From the human T2T-CHM13v2.0 reference genome, Homo sapiens: DNA of 64,000 bases. Shown piece by piece: positions 33,800-47,425 of the stretch. Both the position numbers and the translations under genes were made by a program. Location of the stretch: assembly GCF_009914755.1 (NCBI RefSeq), contig NC_060936.1; one strand, written 5' to 3'. Position 1 is the first letter of the stretch, and each line of letters begins with the position of its first letter. Below the pieces are notes generated by a model that was not told the DNA's origin, did not search any database, and worked only from the letters and a program-made list of their open reading frames with translations.

Positions 33800-33980
33800 G
33801 CTCAACAAGATTTGTGTATTTACCACTCCCTTGTGCTCTCAGAGCACACTCTACCTTTTTTCATCATACAGTAATTTGAGATTTACTCATCAGCCTTTCC
33901 ACAGCGTCTTTTTCATGATTATATTCCCTTAGTGCATGATGAGCATTCAGTAAATACGAAACTAAACAATGAATGAAAGA
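33800..33980 (+). mobile_element. L2 3' end
   Basis: cttagtgcatgatgagcattcagtaaata...aatgaatgaa. Confidence 0.5.
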
Positions 33981-34281
33981 ATAAGAAAATGAAGGGAAAT
34001 GATAGGGAAGAAGGAAAGAGAGAGAGGAAAGCAGCACATTCAGTGAAGAAGACACTATATGAAAAGGGAAGCTCATCCTCTTTGCCTAAGTGATTATACC
34101 TGTAGAGAATACGGGGTCATATGCTTGCCAGTCATACAGGCAATGTCAAGCAGCATAGGACATGTAGTTGAAGCAAGAGTATCTTCACATCCCCTGCAGT
34201 AAAGAACAGATCAGGCAGTAGAAGATCAGGGAAGAGACCACAGACCCAAGGACTTGAAGCTGCAACTGAAAAAACCAAACA

Positions 34282-34284
<3 letters not shown>

Positions 34285-34326
<42 letters not shown>
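34285..34326. repeat. (CA)n microsatellite
   Basis: direct reading. Confidence 0.95.
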
Positions 34327-34328
<2 letters not shown>

Positions 34329-37300
34329 CAAAACTTTACTATTCTGAAAACTCTCAGTAAGAGAATAAATCTTTTGCAAAGTACACCTTCTTATTGTGTG
34401 ACTGTTATTGTTTTGTAAAGATATCTTCGTATGCTGATACTTTAACAAAGAAGCCAGTAGAAGCCCCAATGTTTGATGGGAAAAATCCTTCTTGAGTAGA
34501 GTATGTAGAATCGACAAAATTAAATTGTTGTTAACTTGATTGACAATTATTCTGATTACTTTAGTAATAGTGATAGTCACCTGATAAACACTTGTCATAT
34601 TACAAAAATTATATGGCAATCGATGTACAGTTTCTTTTATCCAAATAGGAAAAAAAATCTGCATGTCTTATACTTTACCTTACTTTTGGGGATATCTGTA
34701 TATTTTTATTTTTAATATTTAAAATTTTCAATGTTTCCATCATGCAAGAGAACTGTACCTCCAAATATGCTCCATTCACTTTGTACTAACTCATTGTTCC
34801 ATTTACTACAAACACTGTTTCATAACCATTTACGTATCTTGCTACATGGTTGGTCATATGACAAGCTAATCTTAATATTTCTCTATAAAAATAATAATGC
34901 AACAGAATTATGAATCAGTAATTTTAGAAGTAAATCATGCTGCAAATTACATATTATATAGTCTGATTAATAGACAACTTTAAAATGGATTTAAATATTT
35001 GGAAAGCCTCCCTTGTACTATGTTGGATAGAAATGTTTTGTTAAGTGCACTTTTGAAGTGACAATGTAAGGTATAGCCCAGAGAGCAAGAGTCGTGCCAC
35101 AACATGACAATAAAACTCAGACAATCAGGAAATTAATAAAACAGAAAACTTTACATGTGTAAGTTCAGTGTTTTCTCAAATTGTTTTCCAGAGAAAGTTT
35201 GAATGCCAGGCTTTCCAGCTTATGAAAAAATTCTGACACTTAGCAATCTCATTTATTTGTTGAAATTTTTAAGACTACAATAAACAGAAACATGATTTAC
35301 GTCTAATTTATTACTTCCTTATTCACTCAAAAACCACTGAGCTAGTCCTCTTATTCAGTGAGAAAACTGAAGTTTATTCAGGTGTGGCTTTAGTATTGAA
35401 TGTCTTTTTTAATTCACTTTGGTACAGTACCTTAGGCATGTCAAGAAAATGCCTTCTATTAAAATTACAATCAATAAATTTTATTTCCAGTTTAATTTTT
35501 ACCCAGATAGTAAATATATTTAACCAGTAATTTTGTACACTTCTTTGACATAGTTTTCATAATTGTCACTTTGCACAATACATTTAGATAGAAACTTGAA
35601 TAGGTACTTTAGACTGCCAAATTTGAACTTGTTGAACAGGTAAAAACTTGGCTAAATTTCATGTCCTTAGAATCAAGACTTCAGTGGCAGAGTAGTTTTT
35701 ATAAAGAGGAAGTAAAGCACATTTTAATGAAATTAGAAAAATCATTCTTAAGTTTGCCACCAAGAAAATCCAAAAATGGACACTTAAATATTTTGCTTTA
35801 AGGTAAAGCATATATATTTTTCATGAGAATAATTTAGGCAACCAGAATAAAATACTAATTTACATTTGTAAATAACTTTAATGATGCTTAATAATGTAGC
35901 AGTGGACTTCAAAATATACATCTACAAATTTTCTCTTAAACTATCTGAATCACAGTGTACCGCCCACGCTGATACGCAATTAGATCATTGCACAGTAAAT
36001 AAAAAGACATTATTTCCATTGAGTATAAAGCTGAAAATTACTCTAAAATCTACCAAATTAAATATTTCTAAATAACTTTAATCAAATATTTTATTTTTAT
36101 TCAAAATTGTTGGCAATTATTTAGCTACCATTTACTTTGATATTTATGAGAATACATTTGATAGCATACAACATATTAAAATATAAAAGCAAAATTTGTT
36201 GAAAAAGGTATATATGTATAGAGCTGCTGAAAAGAAGCTAAAGAATCTCACATTAATCTTGTCCAATTTATGTAGTAAATTGGAAATATAGAAATAAAGG
36301 TTATGCTTACCAAGCTGATGATTTTGTCAGCTCTGATTATTGAATAAGTTAAGCAGTTTTTCTATATAATGGAGCTTATTGATAATTTGATATACTAATA
36401 AACATAGAAATAGCAAAAGCCTACATTTTAATGATGTCTTTGCTTTCAAGCCAGTTATGTATTAAACATAGTACCTACCTAGCCAAACAAATATAAAATA
36501 GTTGTGAATATTTTAAAATTATATGATAGGTGCTACATGATTTATTATAAATTTTGACAATTTTATGTTTAATTAAATTATTTTATAAGTGAAAATATTC
36601 TAAATTATTTCATCATTTCAAGGTCTCAAAATCTTAATAATACATAACCTGATAAGAAGAGTTTATATTGAAGATGGTGATATATCTTTATGTCAATAAA
36701 TTATATTTTATATGTAAAAAGATCATGCCAGTATGTGGCTAAAAATACAAATGAGATAGATTAATTTGTCTCAAAAGTGATGTGAATTACCAATAAATTG
36801 GCTATTTGAAGGAATTGCTAATCATAAAAATGACCATGATAGAAACCTAGTTCTATCATTTACTCCCATTTTGTATATAAGCACAGTCATTGTTGCAGTT
36901 AAGAAATGCCAGAAAAGAAAAAAAAAAGACTTACTTTAAAAAAATTAGCAGCAAGTTATTAATTCCCAACTCATTAAAATCATACAGCTAAATGCCTAAG
37001 ACAGTAATAGGTATATAACAAATATTACCAAACATCTACTGAGTAAAATGACCACCTCAATTTGTTTGAATATCCAGTGTGATGAAGAATCTTAAAATGC
37101 AAAAGAGTTTTTTATATTTTTAGTTATTGCTGGTGAGTCCTTGTTTCAATTACTTGGACAGGACTGTTGTTGAGATGTGCTTAGACTTAAACATCTGTTC
37201 AGTTAAAATGGGAAAAGCTTGGAATTGGGAGATACTTGGTCTTGAGGAAGGAATAACAGCATTCATAATGGACAGGCAACAATTCAAGTCACCTATGTAT

Positions 37301-37678
37301 CTAAAGCTACATATTGAACATAGCCTGACTCAAGAAGTGATCATTATGCAAGAAATTTCTTTTCCTTCAAATTTTAATTTTTTTCATTGAGGTATAAGTT
37401 AAATAACAGTAAATAAGCACATATCTTAAGGATAATGAGTCTTGACAAATATATACACCCATGAGATCAACACCCCAATCAAGATATAAAAGATTCCCTC
37501 ATGCTGGTTTAGTGTCAGGTCTCCCTCTTTCCACCACTGAGCCTACTATCATATATCTTTTTTACTGGAGGTTTTTGCTTATTCTTGAATAGTACATACA
37601 TGCAATTAGAATATGTACTCTCTTATGCCTATCTCATTTTATTCAGAATAATGTTTGTGTGATTTATCCGTGCTGTTG

Positions 37679-38203
37679 TGATGGAATTTGGGACACACTA
37701 CCTCAAAATATGGCACCTTGATATTTAAGAATACAGCAAAAATTGGAAGGTCTCTCTCACCTTCCCTTCACACCTTGTACTCTGAAACAGGTCATTAAAC
37801 CCAATTGACTTTCCTCTGAAGTAATTCATTATACCTCATTCCAAAGACGCCATCCCTATACCTAGAAAAATGATGTCATTATTTCTGAAGACACAGGGAC
37901 ACAAAGAAAATCTGAACAAACAGGCCTGGCTAAGGCCCCTCTCCAGTTTACTACTACTAGATCATACCCACTTTGTCCAATCATACTTCTGCACAATGGT
38001 CCATTCTTCATCAAACCTAAGCATAAAAGTGTATGTTTTCCTGTTTCTTTAGGTCTTCATTTCTGAAGGTGCCTGTGTCACAAAATCTTATATTGCACAA
38101 ATTTAAGTGTTTTTCTTTTGTTAATCTGTCTTTTGTTATAGAAGCATCAGCCATGTACTTTGCAATGGGTGAGAAAAAAATATATTACTTTCTCTCCTCT
38201 ACA
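37679..38203 (+). mobile_element. MER34-family ERV1 solo LTR
   Basis: ctacctcaaaatatggcacctt...ctcctctaca; 4-bp TSD gttg in the L1. Confidence 0.8.
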
Positions 38204-38879
38204 GTTGCATGTATCCAGTTTCAGTCAACTTCTTTACTGAGTTGTGTTATATTGCATGAATATATCAAAATTTATCCATTCCTCTGTTGACGGATTTTTT
38301 TTATTTTTTATGAATAAAGCTGCTATGAGCATCTTGTACAAATCTTTTCATTAATATAGTACTTATCTTGGTAAATTCTTAGAAATTGAATTGCTAGAAA
38401 AAATTTTTGTTTAACTTTTCAAGAAACTATATAATTCTTTTCTGATGTGGTTTCACTGTTTTATACTCCTGACAACAGTCTCTCAGAGTTCTAATTGTTC
38501 CCTATCCTTACCAAAACTTAATCTTAGCCATTCTAATGGGTGGAAAGTAGTTTCTAATGGCAATTTTAACTACAATCTCCTTGATGAATAATAGGGCAAC
38601 TTTTCTAGTGTTTATTAGCAATTTACATTTTTACTTTTCTGTTTAGGCCTTTTGCTCATTATTTTGTTTTACTTTTTAGTATTGAGTTAAGGGTATCATT
38701 TCTTTATTACTTATATGTTACTTATAGTCATGTGTCACCTAACAACTGGGATACTTTCTGAGAAATGTGTAATTAGGTGATTTTGTGGTTGTGTGAACAT
38801 CATAGAGTGCACTTATACAAACCTAGATAGTGTAGCCTACTACACACCTAGGCTATGTGCTATAGCCTATTGCTCCTAT

Positions 38880-39594
38880 TGATAGTGATAGGAGACAGAC
38901 AAAATCCTAGGTAGACAGGGATGGGTCCCCAGTGAGGCTTGACCTTCAAGCCAAGGACAGTCTAAGGCCTGGAAACCAAACTGCCAGTTCTGGATAGAAT
39001 CCTCAATAGGAGTGAGAACTTGCATCCCCCTCTTACCCACTCTCTCTTGATTGGTTCCTTCTATATGATGCCTTTAAACCAGTGGAATGGCTTTTTCCAA
39101 GACAACCCATGGACCAATCAACACCCATTCCTCCATTCTAAGCCCATAAAAACCCCAGACTCAGCCTCACAGATGATAACCCACTTTCAGGACCCATCTT
39201 CTTCCTGAAAGCTTTCTCTCTGTCACTAAACAAAATTCTACTCTGCCTTATTCATTCTCCAGTGTCCACATACCTTATTTCTCTTGGTCACAGGACAAGA
39301 ACCCAGAACTTGCTGAAGAGCAGTAGTAAAAGAGTTCCTCCTGCTTGCTGAACTGCAGGCAGTGGGAGTAAAATAGCTATAACCCTCCCTCCCAGTCACT
39401 AAACAAAGAGAAAGATGAAGCTGCTGGGCACTACTCACTCCTACTTGCTGATCAACAGGAGAGAAGAAGCAAAGCCACTGGGCTCCACTCCCTTCTGCTT
39501 GCTGAGCTCCAGGAGTCAAGAAACAAAACCACTGCCAAACTATGGGAGCACTCCCTCTAGCTTGCCAAATGATAGGAATAAAAAAGCCTTAACA
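38880..39594 (+). mobile_element. LTR27/LTR28-family ERV1 solo LTR
   Basis: tgatagtgataggagacagacaaaatcctagg...taaca; TSD ctat/ctag. Confidence 0.75.
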
Positions 39595-39603
39595 CTAGGC
39601 TAC

Positions 39604-40178
39604 TGTAGAAAGTGAAGTAGAAGTTCCTCTTTAAAGGGATTTTCCTCCTCGTCTAATTAGAAATGAATAGTAACCTCTCTTAGAAGCAAAATTTCTTCAA
39701 AACCTGTGCTAACATTCTTAGATATCTGCTAGCTGAAATAAAGAGATCAATGTGCTTTGTGTTCTTAGCTCACACATTTTAGCCTAGATACTTGCCCTGG
39801 CATGCTTACACAGGCCCAAGCAAGCATTAGGTCATAGCCTGTTCCTCTTCCTTTTTGGGGGGTGTTTTTACCTTTCTCAGCATTCCACAAGTTGCTTCCT
39901 CCTTCCTTTGTTCTCCTCTGCCTTTTCCTCTTTTGGAAAGTTCTAAGTTGCTAGCCAGTCAGGACAAGTACAGAATGTGAGGTCCCATTCCAGCCAATGG
40001 AAACAGCCATAGGGTGGACCATCAGGTTATACATGACCCTATCTCCTTTGTTCATGTGTACTCTTGTGGCAGGATTGCTAGTGAGTGGCACCCTTTCTGC
40101 AGAAAGTAAAATTGGCCTTTCTGAGAGATCCTTTGTCTTAGTGTTGATTTCTGCGATATTGAAAACCCATTTCTAACA
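39604..40178 (+). mobile_element. LTR10-family (HERV-I) solo LTR
   Basis: tgtagaaagtgaagtagaagttcctctt...catttctaaca; perfect 5-bp TSD gctac. Confidence 0.8.
39788..39807 (+). promoter_or_regulatory. p53 response element-like site in LTR10
   Basis: ATACTTGCCC TGGCATGCTT, 18/20 match to RRRCWWGYYY x2 with no spacer. Confidence 0.55.
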
Positions 40179-40879
40179 GCTACAAACTGGTATAACATGT
40201 TACTGTACTGAATACTGTATGCAATTATAACAAATGCTAAGTATTTGTATATCTAAACATAGAAAAAATACTCTAAACATAATGATATAAGAGATTAAAA
40301 ATGGTACACCTGTATAAGGCACTTACCATGAATGGAGCTTGCAGGACTTGGAAGTTCCTTGGATGAGTGAATGAGTAAGTGAGTAGTGAGTGAATGTGAA
40401 AGCCTAAGACATTACTATATACTAGTATAGACTTCTTAAGCACTTTACACTTAGGCTTTGGTAAATTTATTTAAAAATTTTCTCTCTTCAATAATAAATT
40501 AACCTTTGCTTACTGTAACATTTTACTTTATAAACTTTATGTTTTTTAAGTTTTTGACTTTTATAATAACTCAGCTTAAAGCACAAATGCATTTTATGTC
40601 CATACAAAAATATTTTCCTTCTTTATATTCTTACTCTGAGCTTTTTTCAATTTTTATATTTTTACTTTTTAAACTTTTTAAAATAAAAACTAAGACACAA
40701 ACACACATTAGCATAAGGCTACAAAGTTTCAGGATCAATATCACTGTCTTCCACCTTTACATCCTGTCCCACTAGAAGATCTTCAGGGGCAATAACATAC
40801 ATGGAGCTGTCTTAACAGCTTAACAGTGTCTTCTTGGGAATACATACTGAAGGACTGCCTGAGACTGGTTTATAGTTGA

Positions 40880-41189
<310 letters not shown>

Positions 41190-41495
41190 TGACCTCTTTT
41201 TTTAATAAGTAAAAGGTGTACACTATAAAGTAAGGATAAAAATGTAGTAAATACATAAACCATTAAAATATTCGTTTATTATAATCAAATATGTATCATA
41301 CATAATTATGTGTGCTATACTTTACAGGACTGGTAGCACAGTAAGTTTGCTTACACCAGAATCACCACAAACACGTGAGTAATGGATTGTGCTACGACAT
41401 TAGGACAGCTATGAAGTCACTAGGTGATAGGAATTTTTCAGCGCCATTATAATCTTATGGGACCATCATCATATATGTGGCCTGTCATTGACTGA

Positions 41496-41831
<336 letters not shown>

Positions 41832-43814
41832 GACTGATTTCTTATATTACAGCTTTACATGTTCTTAATATATGCTAGGCACATCTTGTATCAGATATAT
41901 GTGTACTGTTAATATTTTCTCCCAGTTTGTGGCTTACCTTTTTATATATCTTAACTGTTATCTTTTAATGAACAGAAGTTTTAAATGGATGAGGTACAGC
42001 TTATAAAAATTTTCTTATATGGTTCATGCTTTCTGGGCCTTATGTAAGAAATCTTTGCCTACTCAAAGTTCATTAAAAATTCCTCATATGTTTTGTCTAT
42101 AAGATATACAGTTTTAGCTTTTACATTTAGGTTTATGCTAACCTATATATTCTTGAACTGAATATGTATATGAGTGAGGTAGGAAAGATAAAAGTTTTTG
42201 AGTTTTATTTTGTTTTTTCTGTACGAGTATCCAGTTGTTCAAGAACTTTTCTTTCTCCCATTTAGTTACATTTACACCTTCCTTTAAAAAAAATTGACTA
42301 CATATGTATCACTACATTTCTCTACTTTCTATTCTGTTACACTGATCAAAAAGTCAAGCTCTGTATTTACATAAAAATAACAATTGACTTTTAATAGGAA
42401 TTTCATAAAACCTATAAACATTTTGAAAAATTGATTTCTTAACAGTTTTTCTTCTAATACATGATTATTATTGGATCTTTTGCCATTTATTTGTTTTTAT
42501 CTCTACTTTTTTCTCCTCAAGATATTTTATAGTTAATAGTATACAGAATTTGCATATACTTTGTTAAATATATCCATAATTATTTCATGTTCTTTATGCT
42601 GTATTTTAAATTTTATTTTCTGGTTGTCCATGACATGTCCATGTATATTTATTTTGTATTTTGTGAACTTGTTAAATTTATAGTTCCATTCTAGGAGATT
42701 TTTTGAAGATTTCTTTGGGTTTTGTAAATAAACAATAATGTTATCTGTGAATAAATACAATATTACTTTTTCTAGTACAGTTGGAATGTCTTTGTTTTAT
42801 TTTTCTTACCTCATACTGGTGAGGATTTTTACTTCAATGTTGAATTAAAGTGGCAAAGGTGGACATATTTACCTAGTTTTTTAATCTTAGGATAGAAATG
42901 TTCCATCTTCCACCATTAAATATATTAGCTGTAGGTTTTCCATACATGTCCTTTATTAGATTGAAGATGTTTCTTTCTCTTCCTTGTGTGCTAAATACAT
43001 TTATCATGAAAGGCTGCTGAATTTTTTCTAATATTCTTTTCTGTATTCATTGTGGTGCTTGTGTATTTTTCTTTTTGTTATTTCAATGGTGAATCACTTT
43101 GCTTAATTTTCCTATGTTAAGCCAACCTTGTATTAATGAAACAAATTTCACTTGTTCATAATATACTTTTATGTTTGTGTATAGATATTGCTGCTTGCAA
43201 TTTACCGATACTTTGTTAAATATTTTAGCATCTATATTTATAAGGAATGTGAGTCCATAATGATATTTTATACTGTTTTTGTCAGAATTTATTTATCCAC
43301 TTCATGCTGATAAACTTTATAGACAATTTGGTAAATGTTGCTTCCTTTTATATCATCCTTAAATGGTTAATAGTATTTACCAGGTTTAGCATATGACTCT
43401 GGAATTTTTTTTGACAGGAGGTTTTTAATTGTGAATTCACTTTTCTTTAACAGATATAGGGCTCTTGAAAATTTTTACATTACTGTGAAAACAATCTACT
43501 CAGAAATTCAGAAGTCATATATTCCTGATAGCTGCTAAAATAGGTTTGAAGAGTGAAAGCTTGTACATGGTCTACTACTTTCCAGAAGGACTCTACCTAG
43601 TAGTTGAATGTTTGAGAGCTGCAGCTTCTGAGCGGGATACAGGAGAAGGCAAAAGCCGAGTAAGTTGCTGGGGTCACAGACACATAGTTGGCTTTGTGCA
43701 AGATTTCATTCTCTGTGGGGAAACTGAAGTTAATTAAAGAAATAGAGTGCGAAGTTCAGTTACACCGAATGAGCAAATACAGCAGAGGTTAAGAACAAGT
43801 TCTGTTTCTACGCT

Positions 43815-44778
43815 CGTGTCAATTGAAGCACAGATGGAAGTGATATAACAACTAAACTGGCTTTAATAAAAAGAAGGGCCAATCTCAGTGGTTCAAAACT
43901 GTGTGATTCCATTTATATAATATTCTCAAATGACAAAATTATAAAGAAAGGAAATGGACAAATGGTTACAAGGGTGTAAGGAAATGGAGGGGGTGAAGCA
44001 GGACAAGAGAGTTTTTTGTAAAGATGTAATGATGTACGAATAGTCCTTTAGCTTGATTATAATAATGGCTATACGAATTTATACATATAACAAAATGTCA
44101 TACAATTATACTCAATGGAATAAAATTGAGTATGTGCAAAATATGCTAAAATCCAAGTAAGGCTGCCATCTGCTTAATCATACTGTAGCAATCTATTTCC
44201 TGATTTTGATAATATCCTGTAGTTACATTAGATGTCACCATTGGGAGAAGCTGGCAATTTGTACAAGGAACCTCCCTGTACTATTTTTGCAAATTTGTAT
44301 GCGTCTGTAGTTATTTCAAAGTAAAAAGTTCAAGCAAATTAAAAAATAAATGAAAAGGGGAATGTGTTGGCTCATACAAATTAAGTGTTTAAGGTAGTAC
44401 TATGCCAGAATTTCAAATTACATTATTATGACCCAGTTTAAGAATATGTCTTAATTCTGCTCTTTCACATTGGCTTCTGACAAAGGTTTAATGCAAAGGC
44501 AATAGCTTCCAGAGTCAAGTCAAGTACATTTTTTTGCATTTGTATCTTATTCCAATAATTCAAAAATCCTGTGTCAAAGTATCATTAGGTAAAATCAGCC
44601 CATGTGATTATCCCTAAGTCAATCACAGTGCCCACACCCAGAGTATGTTGTTGAGTCAACTTCATAAAAAAACATCGTGAATTGAGACTGTAGAAGGGAT
44701 AATTCTTCAAAGGTAATTCAAGGTATTGTTACCAAAAGAAAAAAGAATCGATGCTGGGGACCCTGCAAAATCACTATC
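43815..44778 (-). mobile_element. old MLT1 (J/K/L) LTR split by an L1
   Basis: aactggcttt...aaggggaatgtgttggctcata; ggtattgttaccaaaagaa...gatgctggg. Confidence 0.55.
43880..44350 (+). mobile_element. L1MC/MD 3' end
   Basis: tgtgattccatttatataatattctcaaatgacaaaattata...ctatttttgcaa...aaaaagtt. Confidence 0.75.
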
Positions 44779-44843
44779 GTGACATGCAATTACTCAGAGC
44801 TCATCCCAGGCATTCCAGACACCTAGTAGAAAATGGTAGGCTC

Positions 44844-45144
44844 CGCCGGGCACGGTGGCTGACGCCTGTAATCCCAGCACTTTGGGAGGCGGAGGCGGGT
44901 GGATCACGAGGTCAGAAGACCGAGACCATCCTGCCTAACACGGGGTAACCCCGTCTCTACTAAAAAAGTACAAAAAAAATTAGCCAGGCGTGGTGGCGGG
45001 CGCCTGTAAGTCCAGCTACTCAGGAGGCTGAGGCAGGAGAATGGCGTGAATCCGGGAGGCGGAGCTTGCCGTGAGCGGAGATCGCACCACTGCACTCCAG
45101 CCTGGGCGACAGAGCGAGGCTCCGTCTCAAAAAAAAAAAAAAAA
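44844..45144 (+). mobile_element. AluY (atypical substitutions)
   Basis: full dimer with poly-A; Y diagnostics ggcgtgaa and ggagcttgc. Confidence 0.93.
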
Positions 45145-45189
45145 TGCTCTCTAGAGCTACATAAAATAAGTCTAATGTTTAATCTTGAA

Positions 45190-46500
45190 ATCTCTTTTTA
45201 AGAAGGCTAAAATTCGTTAGTTCTTATTTGTCGTGATTATCATCACAGATGTCATGGAATCTCTTATATGTCATGGTTTCCAAATGCATTCCTTCTTAAA
45301 GAAGTATGTGAATCATTCTAGATCTGGTCTGACAGGCAGAGTAAAGCAAAATTCTTACCTTCCACGTACACTCTTTCTCTGTTAACAGATTACCTTTGTC
45401 GGTATCTTCACTATGCCATCATCAACTCATTGTATTTGCAGTAGACCAAAAGCCTTTCAGACTCTCCTACCTATACTTCTATTTAGCTGTACCTTGCCAA
45501 TACTGTACTTGCAAAAAAAATTGTTAACCTTTTTGTTTTTTAATTTTACTGTTCCTATTATAAATTTCACCTTTTTAGACTTTTCCCCTTAGTTTAAACA
45601 ACCTAGGATTACCTGGAATTTAATCTCTCCCATTTTGGATGTTGCCATTATTCTCAATGTCTTCTCATCAATAAGTTTCAAGCAACATTTTACCTGTATC
45701 ATCACTGAAAATATTTCTCTATAGTTTAGATGTGAAACAGCTTCTCATATATGTGACAGTATTAGGTTATGGTGATTAAGTCTTTATGAGTTTTCTATTG
45801 TCAAAATTGCTAAAACTCACTGTGTGTTGAAGACAGGTCTGAGCTCTGCACATGGTACTTTATTTAATCATCACAACCTATGAAGACGCATTATTAACAT
45901 TCCCATTTTACATATTAGAAAGCTGGGTCACAGAGGGTTTAAGTAACTTTCCCTAGATGGTACTACTAATTAGTAGCTAAGCCAGGATTCTAACAAGGCC
46001 ATCTGATTCCTCTGTTCTTATCATTTTTTCCTCACCATTAATGTCTGCAAAAATATCATTTGACAGTCTCTCAAAAGGCCATGTTGAACTTCAAATGGCA
46101 TTAGAGCTCTGGAATCACTAAATGTCCCACTATGTTCCCAATTAGTTATAGTCATGACTGCAAAGAAATGAATGGGGATGTATAAATAATTAATAAAGCA
46201 TGTATCATTGCTACAAGTCTGACAGGACCCTTTATTATCATCTAACATTTAGAGGCAAGGACATCCATTCAGTTGTGAGCTGGATAACCTACATTTACCA
46301 TAGGCCATCTGAAGTCAAGTCCATAATGTTATTTTTGTTACACCTCTCATATCAATATTTGTTTAACCATTTCAAGTCCAAGGTTTCTTTGTCCTTCCCT
46401 GTCATTTCTTCTTCTAAGAGATCCGCATCAGAAGTCTGTTTTTGTCCTCCTTAGATCAAGAATTCCTGCCTCCCAGAGAAGGTTCTTCCTTTCACCACAC
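45190..46500 (-). mobile_element. L3/CR1 relic fragments (MIR inserted)
   Basis: agatctggtctgac; ctattataaatttcacctttttagac; ttcaagtccaagg resemble CR1 antisense. Confidence 0.45.
45850..46010 (-). mobile_element. MIR
   Basis: cccattttaca...cagagggtttaagtaactt...gccaggattc. Confidence 0.8.
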
Positions 46501-47199
46501 ATTTGGCCCAGCAGGTGAAATTCCTTTCACATTCTACCACAAGTAGAAGCATTTTTAATTAAAGATATTATACTTTGGGATAATTATCAATACTATACCC
46601 TCAAGGACCCAGAAAGAATGTATACTCAAGGTTCTTAAAATCTGCAAATTTGATTAAGGTACTTACAATAAAATAACATAAAGCAAAAATAAAATTGGAG
46701 TCAAGAGAGCTATATGGTAACAAATTCAGATGCCAGTACACTAAAACTCTGCCTACTATGAGCTCAGATCATCTATTTTGAATTGCATTCCATTCTCTCC
46801 TTTTTCAATTATTTTGGTAAACATTAATTATATTAGCACTTGTAACAGAATTCTACTGGATAAAAACATCAGAAACTCAAAATCAGCTTAGAAAAGAAGG
46901 AAATATTACCACTCTCTTAAAAAAAAAAAAATCGAACTCAGAACCACAATAAAGCCAGTGATTATGCCAAAAAAAAAAAAAAGAGAGAGAGAGAATTCTA
47001 ATGACAGCATAATCAGCATCATACAGTCTTCCTCTTTCTACCACTTTTCTCATTTTCTTCTTCTCTCTTATCATCATTATTATTATTATTTTCCTTCTTC
47101 AGGTTGGTTTTATCCTATTAAAGCTAATTCCTTTAAGATATTAAAGTCTTTATCCTGGCAGCTTTAGGAATCTTTCCTTTCACTATCAGAAAGTAACTC

Positions 47200-47425
47200 C
47201 CTTTCTCTTTAATTAAAATTCCAATAATCCTTGGGGGAAAGGGCAGGAAATTCTGATTGGCTTGACATGAATTGTGCCCTCATCCCTTTGGATAATGGGT
47301 TGGGTTTCCATAATTGACAGATCCTATCACTACCTGAGGATGGAGTAGAGGAGGAGCTATTCTAATCAAAATGGGGAGAATTGTTTCTAGAATAAAGCAG
47401 AGGTGTTCAGTAGGCAAACAACTGG
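47200..47425 (-). mobile_element. old MLT1 LTR fragment
   Basis: tctgattggcttg...tgtgccctcatccct...ggcaaacaac. Confidence 0.45.

Noticed and set aside
34185-34664. 159-aa minus-strand ORF
   Set aside because: Extended by the (TG)n read as CVCV; no recognisable domain.
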